A stretch of DNA of 64,000 nucleotides, taken from Camelus ferus (taxonomy: Eukaryota). Positions 28,070-41,699 of the stretch are shown here, in pieces. How positions within the stretch are numbered: the stretch's first letter is position 1; each line of letters opens with the position of its first letter. The stretch lies in contig NC_045697.1 of assembly GCF_009834535.1 (NCBI RefSeq), positions 82,462,001 to 82,526,000 of the forward strand. The letters are read 5' to 3'. A model generated the notes under the pieces. The model saw only the letters and a program-made list of their open reading frames with translations, was not told the origin of the DNA and searched no databases. Made by a program: the position numbers and the translations under genes.

Positions 28070-28400
28070 TGTTAACCAAGCTTGAGTGAAGCTTCTCTGG
28101 GCCCTCCTTCTGACTAGGCCTCATCTTTGGACCTTGTCTTTGCCTGCCTCCTCCAGCTGTAGCAAGAAATGTGCTCAGGCTAGCTAGAACCTCATGATCT
28201 GATCCATTGACCTGCTTTCAGCAAGAATTCTAAGTTGGTTTAGCAAAAATCCCCGTACCCTTGGTATCTCCTCTTAGTAATTTTTCATTTAGAGACTTTG
28301 TTGGCTACAAATCCCCACCTGCCTTTGCTATATTTGGAGTTGAGCCTGATCTCCTGAATGATGTCTTTCTTACTGTTTGATAACGTGTCAGAATAATTTG
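28070..28400 (+). mobile_element. ERV1 solo LTR (MER31-like) inserted in an L2 3' end (~27870-28465)
   Basis: gactaggcctc...agcaagaattc...tatctcctcttagtaatttt...ggctacaaatccccac...tgtcagaataattt. Confidence 0.8.
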
Positions 28401-28599
28401 ATCATCTCAGCATCTGTAGTAGTGCCTGGCATGTAGAAAACACAGCGTGCATTTCCTGAAGGAATGTGTGAGTACCGTGACTAATAGTGATGCTAAGTAT
28501 ACGAGAGGTGAAGTTTATACAGATCTGTGCGTATGGAACACACTGAGGTGCGCACACATTAAAGTGGGAAAACAAAGACATCAGCACCTGAGGATCTGG

Positions 28600-28815
28600 A
28601 GCGGTCGCCGGAGCTTCAGTCCTGATGGCGCCTCTGAGCTGTGTGACTTCGGGCAAGTTATCAATCTCTTGGAGCTTTAGTTTCTTTGTTCATATAATTC
28701 AGTTAATAAAAGTACCTGAATGATGGAGTATTAAGGCAACAATAAATGAGTTAATACATTTGAATCCTTGAAGAAGAAGATCAAATATGCAGTCCGTATA
28801 CAGTAGCTACTGTCA
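28600..28815 (+). mobile_element. MIR SINE
   Basis: Core agctgtgtgacttcgggcaagttatcaatctcttggagctttagtttc...aaatgagttaataca. Confidence 0.85.
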
Positions 28816-31800
28816 TTAGGAGGAATATTAGCATTAATAATGCCACTGACTTGCTACAGAATATTACACCTATTAAGGGGACTATTCCATCAAATACATT
28901 TTAAGAGATTTTAGCCAATCTGAAGAAAAAAAAAAAAAGGCAGTCTATCCATTTGAAATTTCATGTTGGTACACTAAAGATTTCTATCTGCTCTCTTTTG
29001 CTGTATCTTCTTACATTGTAACCCAGATTTCTAGACATTATCATTCTGTGCCTATAAAACTGGGATGAACACAACAATCTATCCCTTTCTCCATGCTGAT
29101 GCTATAGCTGACAGGGAGTATAGAATACATTTAACTGTTTATTTTGACTCCCATAGCAAAGGTATTGTGTTGTTTCATTCAATTTTATCTCCCCAAAGTT
29201 TAAGTGCAATCATAGGATTAAGTCATTTAGAAATGGTACTTAAATTATTACCAGATACTATTGATTGGGATGGAAAGTCACTTCATTAGTGATTTAGTTA
29301 TATAATATTACAAAATGAAGAACATCTTTCAGAAATGAAAATAGTTGCAGAATTAAAATGTTAAATTGTTGAAATAGGTCACAGGCATAAAGTTTAATTA
29401 AACTGAATCAGATTGTACTCTATTTTTTCATTTCCAATTTTATAGTGCATATTTGATATTTAAAGGAAAAGCATAGCACTTCATTTATAAACTGCATAAT
29501 CTCCATTCTTGCTACAGTAACATTTTTAAGGAACACTTTGGGGCTAATTCAGTGTTTGTGTCCAGTGTGCTAACATGTTTTATATTATCAATTTTTTATC
29601 ACTAGTCTCTAAGTTAGTTTTTTAGGGTCTTATTAAATTTCTGATCATGTCTGCAATGTATTACAGGTGCTATACTTACTGCATCTTAGAAGATGCAAAA
29701 CGTTGCTTATTGTTATTGGGAATAGAATTCTGTGTAGAATCTGCTTTTGAGAGCTAGGTCTGGTGTCTCCAATGCTACTCTTGTTATACCTCGGGGATAC
29801 AAAGAGAAATATAGTACAGGGGGAAAAGTGTGTCATTGGGAAATTCAGCTGTTCTATTAGCTGTGTGTTTCTGGAAAGAAGTCAGCAAACCTCTCTAAGC
29901 TATGATTTTCACATTGATAAAAGGCTAATGGTCTTTGTGGTCTTTTATTTTCTCTGAGTAGTATAAGAGATTAGAGGAATTGTGAAATTACCTTTACTTC
30001 CTTTGTGTTCTGGCATGGAAGAAAATTATTGTTCTATAATTTTTTGTCAATACATTTAACTTATGCAGGAGAATGTCCTGTATTTGAGACCAGATGCCTA
30101 TGTCCTAGAGAAAAATTAGGAGTAGATTTGAGAATGCCTTGTAGTTTAAAAATTAAACCTTTAGAATGGAACTTCTGAATTTCAAATAATAGAATGCATG
30201 ATAATAAAATTACTACATGAAATTTGAAAATTGATATAGCCATGTCCATTGGAATAGATCCCTGGATATAGCCATTGCATTTTTTAAAATTTAAAGTCTT
30301 GCAGCAGTTTGCAATTCCTGTAGATACTGAGATAACTATTCATCCTAAGATGATTTCTGTGTATTGTGCTATGCAGTAATTAAGCCACCTTCCCTATAAC
30401 AAATCTATTTCTACCTCTAAACATTCCTGCAATTCACACATTTGCTGGGGACAACAGTTTTGCTGCTACCTATGTCAGATGATAAATGGTAACTAACCTC
30501 AGTCATTAACCACAGAGATCAGAGAGAAAGGTGGGGGTAATCTTTTAGGCCAGAATCCCTGCAGTTAATTTTTGATGCTAAAAGAACAAAAATGTGTGTA
30601 CCATATTCATGAATAGTTCACAGTATTGTCTGTCAACATTTTCTTCTATATTTTCCCCAAGGAATTATTGTACATAAGTATATGTGAGACTTTCAGTTAC
30701 AAAGCTTACTTTACTGATCAGTTTTCCTTATGCTAAAATATGTGGCATTTTAAATGCTTAACATATTCCTTTCAGGTAGTATTTGTTAAAGAAACTCAGT
30801 TTCTGGGCTAATTATGCCTGTTATAGAAAGATCTTTATAAAATGTCAGTCAGTCTCACACTTTTCAGAAATACGTCATGTTAAACAGCATCGTTTAGTAC
30901 ATGATGAGACAGCAGCTGCTAAAATGGGCTGCACAAAACCCAGAACTGTGTGGACACTGAAGAATGATCCCTCTTAAGCCTCTGAATCCTTTACTCCTGT
31001 TCTACTCATTTGGTTTCTTCCCAAATTGTGCTTACCCAGGAGTCTCTTATGTTTTCAGACAATGCCTTAAGTAATGCTCATGGAGAATTTTCTCCTAGAA
31101 AAAATGCAAAGTAGGCCCAGTTACTCTTTGAAATGCATAATTCTTATTGGATTAAACCTGCATTCACAGTATGATGCTCTAAGAGTACCTGGAGGTTGTA
31201 TTTCCTCATTTGTGGATAGTAGGAGTAGCATTTAAAGGAGTTTAAATTCTTTCATATTTGTATGAATTCAAACCTGGAAGGAGAAACAAAAGGCACTGGA
31301 AGTATAAAATTAATGAGTTTAATTAAAACATTTTGCAATCTTTACGTATAATCCTGGTATTATGATTATTATTACTCAATTTTCATCCTGTCCTTTAAAG
31401 AGTTGGTGTTACTTCAAAAACCACTTTCAAAGACTTGATTACATACCTGCAACATTAGAAAGATACAATGAAAATGTTTAAACACATTAAAAAGCCAAAT
31501 ATATGGATATTGCATGCTTAAGGCAATAAAGTTAGTAAAATAGAAATATTAGAGTTATATTTCATATGACAAAGTCTATGAAAACACCATGGTATAAGCT
31601 GCTATAAGTTATGTAAGAAGAAAATAGGCCTTGAAACTTAGGTAATAGTTTTAAATGCAAAACCGTATGCTGTGTGGCACCAGTCTTGACTGAAGAACTC
31701 ACAACAGATGGTTGTATTGTAAACTTCCAGTTACAAGTCACTTGTTGGTATCCGTATGATTTCCCACAGAAACCCGTTTGACTAAGTATGTATACATGCA

Positions 31801-32754
31801 CACACACATACATAGAAATATTGTTCATTTTTAAAAGAAAATTTGGATTACCTCATATTGCCAATGCACATTATCTTAAGAACAATCATTTATTACATTG
31901 TATTTATAATTCTTATCTAAAGCAACAAATCCTAATATCTTTCATTCTCGAAAGCTATGCAGTCTTCAAAAAACTGCCTCACAAAAGTCAGAAGACTGCA
32001 GAAATAAGAATAAGACTTCATAGGTAACCAACTTTATTATTCTGCTGGTTTCTTCAGTAAAGATTTTACACTTTCAATACATGCATATCTTAATATTGTA
32101 TGACAGTCATTTTTAATTTTAAAATTTTTGCAGGTTTTTACCAACATACTTTAGTGGACCACCTTGCAGAGTCAATTAAATCATCGCATATTGCCTGAGA
32201 CTTGCATCTCATGAGCTGCTTATGCTCAGGTATCTCTTTCTTTGTTTTTCAAATTAAAACAGAAAGTTACTATAACTCAGTAGACATTTCTAGTTGTCCC
32301 TTGTTCCCATGCCTATAATGCCCAGCCTGCATGTTTCTTCCTTTTCAAATATCGTTCACATCTCATGACTCCCCTAAAAGCTCCCTCTTTTATAAAGACC
32401 TCTACCTTATTCTCTTCAGCAAGTAGGATTTCCCTCTTCTGAACCACCACGTGGGTCACTTTGAACTTCCACTGTGCACTCGTTTATGATAATCTTAACT
32501 GTATCGTAATTGGTTTTGTATTTAAACATTGTGACTCCTCAAATCGTGTCTCTTAATAATGAAATCTCATTTACATTACTTTTCACTTCATAGGCAGGAG
32601 TAATACCTAAGGTAATAATCTGTATGTACTTAATATACTTGATTTGTATCTATTTAAAATGGTAAATAATATAAACCAACTAGTTTTTAAATTTAGGCAT
32701 ATTCATAATATTCTGAGGCTATAAAAACTGTCACATAACAGTATTTACTGTCAT

Positions 32755-33236
32755 TGGTGCATTTGTGTTATTGCTGCCATAACAAATTACCAAAGTTGGT
32801 GTCTTAGTACAAATGTATTGTTTTAGAGTTCTGTAGATCAGAAGTTCAACATGGGTCTCACTGGGCTTTAAAATCAAGGTGCTGGCAGGACTGCTTTCCT
32901 TTCTGGAGGCTCTAGGAGAGCATTTCATTGCCTGTTCCAGCTTTTCAAGGCTGGCCTTATTCTTAAACTCAGCCTCTTCCTCCATTTTTAAAGCTAGCAA
33001 TGTAGCATCTTTATGACTATCTATCTTTCCATAGTCACATCTCACTCTACTACAGCCAAGGACATTTCTTTCCTTTTAGTGATTCATGGCTCACCTGGAT
33101 AATCCAGGATATTACCCTATTCTAAGATCCTTAATCTTAAACAATCTCATATAAGGCAAAATATTCAGATTCCTGGCATTGGAGAGTAGATACTTTCAGG
33201 AGGCTTTTTATTTTTATTTATTTTTTTGCCTACCAC
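32755..33236 (-). mobile_element. MaLR solo LTR (MLT1C/D-like)
   Basis: ttgctgccataacaaattacca...agttctgtagatcagaagttcaacatgggtctcactgggc...aaatcaaggtgctggcagg. Confidence 0.85.
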
Positions 33237-35474
33237 TATTGGATTTACTTACAGTCTATCAATTGATGTAGAGTCAACTAACAAAAAAAAAAAAATACTG
33301 TTAAAAATATACAGTATTTTTAAAAGACTGAAGGGGTTCATTAAAGTTTTTCAGAGGGAGCTACTATGGGCCCAATAGGGTAAACAGATTATGGCATTTA
33401 ATAAATAGACTTTGTCTTCATCAAGTTGTATTTAGTGTGGTAGAGTATGCACCATAAACCAAAAATGCATCCTGTGATTCCAAGTAGTGGGAAGTACTGT
33501 AAAAAACACAGTTAGGCGAGGGCATAGAGGCTGTGTCTAAGGAGGCACCAACTTAAAGCCTCTATCAGAATTTGAAATTGAAAGAGAAAACCCAATGAAA
33601 TCATCAGAGGATCCGTGATTAGATCTGAGTAAAAATATTCTGCAAGTTGAAATAAAAAGTTGTTTAAGAAAGGACATAAAGATCAGGGTGCCTGAAGTGA
33701 GGTTAAGCTAGCAGAAAATATCACTTTAAATTAGATATATAATATATACGCAAATAAGGATGTCAGATCAGAATTTGATACAAGTGTGGACTTTGAGGGA
33801 GAGTCAGGGACAGCTGGAGACAGGCTCCCGCAAAAGGTTGATAGCCCCAGCCCTGGGACTGGCTGTCGAGGAGCCAGTGAGGTCAAAAAAGGAACAGGAG
33901 AGGATCATGTCTGGGAAGCCAAGTGCAAAAGTGTTTCAGGGCATGATCATATTTATGGAGGTGATTAACCAATAAGCTTAACTAAAGGGGATACTAAAAA
34001 TTGATATGAACATACTTTAAACCTAAATTCATCTCTTGGACCACTGTTTGATGGGGCAGATAAGACGTTTCATTTCTATGTGGTTCATTAACGGAAGTAA
34101 AATCTGAATGGTGAATGATTCATATTTTTTCAGCCAGCCTTTCCTGCCATTCATATTTGTTGTTTTCACACCTAATGCTATAATGTATGTTTTCAAGTAG
34201 CTTTTCCAAACCATTTGACTCAATGCAAAAAATGTTTTTCTCTTTACAGTCATATTTTAACACTGTGGAATTAGGTACTATAGTCATAAGACTAACTGGC
34301 ACAAATAAGCTTGGAAATAAACATAGTGGGTACTTGGTGGAAGCATATATACAGAGAGGGAGAGGGATTAGAGTATAGCCCAGCAATGCTGAATAGCTGG
34401 TGAGTTGTGATTGTCACTTTGTTTCACAGAAAGCATAGAGAGCATCAGTTAATGAAATGAGTAGGTAAGGGGAAGGGTAAGAGGACTTCTAATACATACC
34501 AAAAAGTTAATGTTAAATGAATATGCTGGGCATTACGGGATGTGTGCAACAGAAGAATCAAGTAAATTGCCAAAGTCCAATATGGCGTAACAGTGTGACA
34601 TAGCCAATACTTGAGGACTAAGAGGTGGAGCCCCCAATTCCAACACTTTCCCTATGAAATAGCTCCATAAAAAATATAAGCTTTACTTTAACCATACTTA
34701 AAGACAGTTTTTATGATTTAAAGATCTTATTTTGAATCAAGTTTTAAAAATATTAGACTATGTTAAGAAGTAGAATGTTTTTAACGGCTCGCCTCTAAGA
34801 AGTGCAGTGTTCCACAGGCAACCAGGTCTGGTATTTGGCACGTATTACTTCCTTCTCTGCTCTATGTCCATTAAGTTATTTTCAGAAAGAAGTAAGTTCA
34901 TACTTTGACCTTTACAAAAATGTAACTCAATGGTTTTTTTAGCCAGTACTTTTTTATTAAATTGCTGTGCCACCATCATTTGATAAAGTTTTAACTGCAG
35001 ACTAAAATGAATTGATAGAGTTAACAAGGAGAAAATCAATGAAGTAGAAAAAATAGGAAGAATTTTAATCATGGGCAAACACATTTTCATTAAGAAAATC
35101 ACTGAATTGTAAGGAATCCTTTTTAATTTTCCTCTGCAAGCTTTTCAAAGAACACTGAAGGTCATATTAAAATGTAGGTTATATTCTTACATCATTTTTA
35201 ATAACAATTCATTTCAAACCCACGTCAAAAAACCCACTTCATTTCTTTCTAAGAGGGCTCACGTTTGTCTTGTAATCTCCCTCTTTTCTGTGTTCTAGAT
35301 ACTTTTCTTTACTCTTTGCATTTGATTACTGAGAACAAGTGCCGTGGTACCCATGCAATTCAGGAAAATTTATCCTATTTCCTTTGAGATTTTGTTTTGA
35401 ACTTACTGTAACTAGAGTTATTTCTTTTTAGTTTCATTGATACGCAATTTATTTTTCATCAATTTAATGTTAAA

Positions 35475-36000
35475 GTATATATTTTGGTAATCTTGGTTGT
35501 GATGATGGCTTCATGGGTATACAACTATCTCAAAGCTTATTAGCATACCCTGCACTCTCAAACATTTCCTTTTGCACATTTAATCTCTCCTTCCCTCACT
35601 ACCTCCAGACAACTGACTTGCTTTCTGTCATATTAGCTTTCTGGAATTAATGTAAACAGAATAACAGAGTGTATGCACAATCTTGTCTTGTTTCATGCCA
35701 TAGTGTGAGCTCATTCCTTTTTATTGCTGAGTAGTATCTCATGGTAGGGATATATCACAATTTGTTTATTCAGTCACAGAGTAAATAACAAGGTATTTCC
35801 ACTTTCTGGTAAAAAAAAAAAAGCTAGTACTATGAAAACTTGAGTTTTTGTTTTGCATACTTTCAATTTTTTTGGTTAAATACCTAGAAATGAATGTTTG
35901 GTCATATGATGGGCATATATTTAACTTTGTAAAGAAAAGGACACCCTCTTTTCCAAAGTGCTTATACTGCTGCACATTTTCATCAATAGCTTATAATAGT
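35475..36000 (-). mobile_element. Old L1 3'-end fragments
   Basis: cattcctttttattgctgagtagtat...gtttattcagtcac...tacctagaaatgaatg. Confidence 0.7.
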
Positions 36001-37144
36001 TTAGCTGTGGTCATAGTAAATAGACATTTTAATGGTCTCTCTGGAATAATTCAGTTGTCTTCTTGTCTCATAGGAGTTGGTGCTTGTTGAACAGTCACTA
36101 CTGAATGAACAGAAGTTTTTATGTACATTATTTTGGGAAGACTTCTCAAAATTTAACATTAACATATAGCCCACATACTGAAATATTTAATTGAATTTGT
36201 TTTGGCACATTTATTAGTATATTATTGGGTTTAAAAAATATGTAACTAATGTTTTCTGCAATATTATAGTTAAAAATCCAAATACCTTTTATATTCCTTT
36301 GTTGACCCTGAGAGAAAAGAAAGATGAAGTTTGGGGTTTTTTGTTGTTGATTCAGGCAGAATGCTTACAAGAAGATCACTACATTAGCAAGATCTTCCAG
36401 GATCTGACAATTTGTAGGCAGTTCTACCAGGGCTTCCTTAAGAATAAAAAGAGGGTAGAGACAGAATGGGAGAGATTGTGATAGAAACAGGGAGAGCTGG
36501 AGTAGGGAGAGACACAGAAGCAGCCTGTTTAAATCTCAGCATGAAACATATAGGGACCTATACTAAAATATAAAATTTTAATAGCTTAAAGGGTGAGGTG
36601 TAATAAGAGTAATTTTCAAAGTAGCATTAAAGAAATCTGAGTAATACTAGATGAGATCAGGCACCTTCAGGGTAGTATGGCCATAGAGTAATCTTAGTAA
36701 TAATGAAAATTGAAATCCACCAACATGGAAAAGGAAGACCATTCCCGAGAATGCCACAGAGTAAATCAGACCAAAGAGAATAAGCTTCTGTGCTGAGTAG
36801 ACAGTGGAAATGCAAAGGCTTTAAATACTTTAAAGACAAATTGTACAACAGGATAAAGAAGGTGGGGTGAGAAGCATCAGTCTGAGGACACAGTTGTCCC
36901 CGAAGGTCAATGCGTGCATGAGAAGTGCTAGGCTGCCTTAACAGTTCCTCTGTCCTGATCCCTGTGCCCAGTGCAATTGCTCACTGGCTAGATGCTATAG
37001 AAAAAGAGAAGAAACATCTCGTGGCTTTTGGTGGATCTATTTAGGTACAAGCAAGTAGATATCCCTGCAACTGCCTCCTTTTAGTTCTCTGATCTTTGAT
37101 ATAGTAGATGACCAAAAATAATTTATATCAAATTATTTCAGATT

Positions 37145-37570
37145 AGAGGTGGCCAAGATGGCAGAATAGGAAGACCCTAATCTCACCTCCTCTCCTGGGC
37201 ACACCGAAATGACAATGATTTACAGAGCAACTATCTATGAAAACACCCTGATGTCTAACAGAAAAGACTTCCCAGAACTAAAGAAGGAACTACAATGAGA
37301 TAGTAGGAGGGGCAGAGATACAGTATTGTCAAGACGGACCCTTACAAGTGGGAAGATAATCACAGTTGTAGGGGTTCTCGGCAAGGACCGAATGAGCCAA
37401 TCCCGACATCAGGCTCTTTTTTAAATTTTGTATCTATTGAGATGATGGATAGTCATTAAAGTCACTGTGGTAATCATTTCAGGATGTATGTAAGTCAAAT
37501 AATTCTCTTGTACACCTTAAACTTAGTGCTGTATGTTAATTATATCCCAGTCAAACTGGAAGAAAAATAA
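37145..37570 (+). mobile_element. Mini-L1: start of an L1 5' UTR joined directly to an L1MA-type 3' end
   Basis: ggccaagatggcagaataggaagaccc...ctcacctcctctcctgggcacacc (5' UTR start) then ...gtggtaatcatttc...tacaccttaaactt...aaactggaagaaaaataa (3' end). Confidence 0.75.
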
Positions 37571-37684
37571 CCCATTGGTATACTAATGGATTATTGTTCT
37601 TCTGAAAGAAGGAACTCAAGTTCTTTTCCTTTATAAAACAATCTATGTTTATATATTTCTCTTGCCCCCATTTTTCTATGGCAC

Positions 37685-37898
37685 TATGTTAGTTTCCTAG
37701 GGCTGCCCAACAGAGTACACAAGCTAGATGACTTAAACAGAAATGTCTTCTCTCGCAGTGGAAGACCAAAATCAACATTTCAGTAGGGCCATGCTCTAGG
37801 GGAAAATTGTTTTTAGCTTTTGGCAGTCTCTGGTAGTTGTCAGCAATCACTGGCCTTCGTTGGCTTGCAGGTACATCACTACAATCTGTGCCTCTGTG
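37685..37898 (-). mobile_element. MaLR LTR fragment (MLT1C-like)
   Basis: ttagtttcctagggctgccc...acttaaacagaaatg...cagtagggccatgctc. Confidence 0.8.
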
Positions 37899-37989
37899 GG
37901 AAACATTAATATAGAATCTCTAAAACCTAATAAAAAGGGATTTTAGTTTTGCTTCTTAGTTTAGTAAAGAGCAGTATGATTTGCCAGGA

Positions 37990-39310
37990 ATTAGAAAAGA
38001 TGTGAATAAGTGACGTTTCTTACTTACTGCTGGTGTCAGTGTATATTAAACTAACACTGCTTTCCAATTGCTTGGAGATTGTACAATTTTCCAATTCTTA
38101 CATATGTGAATTTCCTATACCTTAAGCCTCCCACTCCTAAATAGAAACTCCAATAATTCTCTTGCATGTCATCATTAGCCTATTCCTAAGAAGGTACAAT
38201 GCAGAATGACACTGAAAAAAATTAATTCCTATTGATAAGAAACTGGATAAAAAGATGTGGTATGTTTATGCAAGACAACAGTGAACTGAGTAAAGTAGAA
38301 CACTACAGAGATACGAATTACTTTTAATAGCATAACAGTGATTGAAAAAAAAATTGCCAGAAGATCACAAAGGATGCCCTCTTTGTAAATATAAAAATAT
38401 AAGTCACAAAAAAGATAATGTAGCTATAAAATATGCATGGCAAAAAATTAAAAAGTGTTAACAAAAACTTCAGAATACTGTTCAATTTGAGGATGTAAGA
38501 TGAGATTGAGAGGGAGACAAACTGAAGGTATGGTACTGACAGTATTCTGCCTCTTAGAGTTAAATGGTAGCTACTGTGTTAGCAAATAATTGGATATAAT
38601 TATTAAATACTAATACTAGACATGCATGAATCAGTTATAGTATGGCACCTAATCCTGAGGTCTATAAAGTATATTAAAATAATCATAAAACAGATAATTT
38701 AATAGCAGATGATATTAGGAAAACTAGTTAATTGTACATGAGGTGCTCAGCTCAACCAGGGACATTTATGGTCCACTAAACAAATATATATATGAAAAAT
38801 GACATTCTGGAGGATTATATATATAGGCAAAACTGATCTGCCATGGCAATATGTGGCTGGCCATATAATTGCATAACATTTATATACATATATACCTGTA
38901 TAAAAGTATATATATAATATACATAAAATTACATGTGTTTTTTGACATCACATCTCTCCATATACAGATGTTATATGAAAAACTCATATAAATGAACATT
39001 TGCAGCTGAGAAAATCCAAAAGGCTAACATATGAGTAGAAAGTCAATTCAGTTATAATTAGGAAAAAAATGAAAAAAAAAAAAAGGAAGAGATGTGCTAT
39101 CACTCTGTTCACATATTTACTGGTTAAAGGTTAATATAATCTCTGAAAAGGATGTGGAGTACATGAAAGCTCATGTTAGTGGGACTGTGACCCAATACAG
39201 CTGTCCTCGAAGATGAGTCAGTATAACATTCTCAAACTAAAATATTTTTATACTCTGCCACCACAATTCTGCTACTGGAAACACAGCTCAGAAAAAGTCT
39301 CAAGTAAGTG
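37990..39310 (+). mobile_element. Ancient L1 (L1ME-like) fragments
   Basis: Degenerate ORF2/3' motifs (ctgctggtgtcagtgtata, aactggataaaaagatgtggtatg, aaggatgtggag). Confidence 0.55.
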
Positions 39311-41699
39311 AGGATGACCTCTCTTATTATCCTGAATTTTTAAATCTAAACCACCAGTTTAAAGAGCTCTTATAGTACAAGAATCTGTCTGGTTCTGAAT
39401 TCTAAATAAATAAATGACATTTGAATGTCTATAATATTTAGAGTTCAAAATATGCATAAAATATTTGATTTTTTTTAACATGGTGATGATGTTCTACAAA
39501 TTATAATACAGTATGTTCACATGAGCTTAAAACATTCCTAATCTCAATCCAGTATATAAATAGTTGTCCAGTCCTCAGACTTTCTAACTAAAGCAAAAGA
39601 AGAACATATTTCCAGCCTATAAAGATAAATTTATTTTCACGATTAATGAGAAAAACTTCCATTGCTGATTCAACTTACTAAATTTATGTGGTATATCATA
39701 AGATTCAGAGATTTTTATAAACATATATTATAAGGTCCAGAATAGTAGATACAATAGAAAGGAATCTAGCACATATTACTATATGTAGTTGAAAATGAAA
39801 ACTATGAAAATTTTAATCCTTTGGCATAATATATAGAATAATAATTTTCTTTTTTTAATGACATTAAATGAAGATATTTTACTAATGGTACTAACTAGAG
39901 TCAATATGAGGAAAAAGGAAAGTTCCAAAGTCTCCAAAGGCAGTTTCTTTTCCATCTTCAGGTATATACTAAAAGAATTAACAATGTTCTTTTTTAGCTG
40001 TCAAGCACATAGCCCTGTGTTTGTACTCTTTTCATCCTTTATCTTAATTGTCATGAAGAGAAAAGTGACATGCAGATATGTAGCTGCACTATAATTTAAG
40101 ACAATAAAACTAAAATGAGCATAAAGTTTATAAGAAGCTAATTTGAGAGTCATCTAAATATATACGCATATACAGGGAAATGAATGACATTTTTTACCTA
40201 TAGGTGAAGCAAATATTTGTTTTATTTAAGCAGGAGTCTTTTTCTTATATATTAAATATTGTACTATTCCCTAGCCTGCATTTTAAATATAAATGAAAAA
40301 AATATTTTCTGAGTTGTATATTTTAAATGATTAGAAAATATAATTTTAACATGAAGTATAAACTCTCTGCAAAGATTGTCTTTGGTTTTTAAATTAATTT
40401 TTATGAAATTTAGAAACTGAGATTAAATCAAAAATTTCATGGTCATGAATCATGATTTCTAAAAAGTGTAACTCATTGATAGTAAGCACATGCTATCCAA
40501 GGAAATATAACTGATAAAGGAGAGTAGAGAAGTGAAAACTAATAAATATTTTCTCTTTTCTAATTAAATCCACTGAGTTTTAAGTTATCCTTAAAATACC
40601 CAATTCAATGCTTAAAAATTAAACTCTATTTGGGATATTTTCAAAATTGTAGAAGTTTGTTGTACTATTCTTCTAACTTGTATATCTTCTATGCAGATCC
40701 ATACATTAACATTTTTCTACTTTTGCTTTATCATTTATCTGCTCTTTCTCTCTCTCGTTCATTTATAGGCACTCATCTATGTATATAAATACAATATAAA
40801 AAAGAAAAGAGAAAATATAAACAAATTATAGATCAAAAACACTGAGTAAATCAATATGAAATGAAAAAGTAAGTAACCTACAGCAATGCAAGAAACAGTA
40901 ATAACAAAAAGGATCTAGAACAAGAAATAGAGAAAATATTGAAATTGCAGGCATAGGCAATTTACATTTAAGATCATTATTGATATGTTAGTGCTTAAGA
41001 TTACTAGTCAAAAGATAGAGATGGGCAGAATGGCTATATTAACATGATCAAACTATATTCAGCTTATAAAAATCTCACTTCGAAATCAGCAACATAGGTA
41101 GCTTTAAAGTAAAAGATGAAAGATATACCATGGAAACTGTTTAAAAAATGATTGGATATATTAATATTTGATTAAACAGATGTCAGAACAAAGATAATGG
41201 CTATGGTCAAAAGGGGTTTAATATAATGATAAACAGGTCATCAATCCACCAAGAAGACACAATAGTCTTAAATGTGTGTGTACCAAACAGCAGAGCCTAA
41301 AAGTACGTGGAGAAAAAAACTGATGGAGATGAAAAGTGATAGACAATTATACTTGAGGGTTTCAACAACCTTTATCTCAACTGATAGAAATGCCAAAGAG
41401 AAAATCAAAAAGGATGAAGAAAATCTAAACAAAACAATCAACTGGCAGATTAAAATTGACATAATATACTCCAGAGAACAAACAATGAAAAAAATTGTCT
41501 AAGATCACATAGACTATTCACCAAGATAAATCTTATGCTGGGCCATAAAACAAGCAAACAAAACATCCAAAAATCCTACAATAAAATCTGACAATAGAAT
41601 CAAACAAATTCAACAGCAGAAATAAAACTGTCTAAACACATGAAAGTAAATACTTTTAAATAATCCATATGAAAAGAAGACGTCTTAAAAATGATTATA

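Noticed and set aside
29680..29780. Minus-strand GTAAGTA donor with an upstream open frame (DSTQNSIPNNNKQRFASSKM)
   Set aside because: Ambiguous acceptor and no recognised homology.
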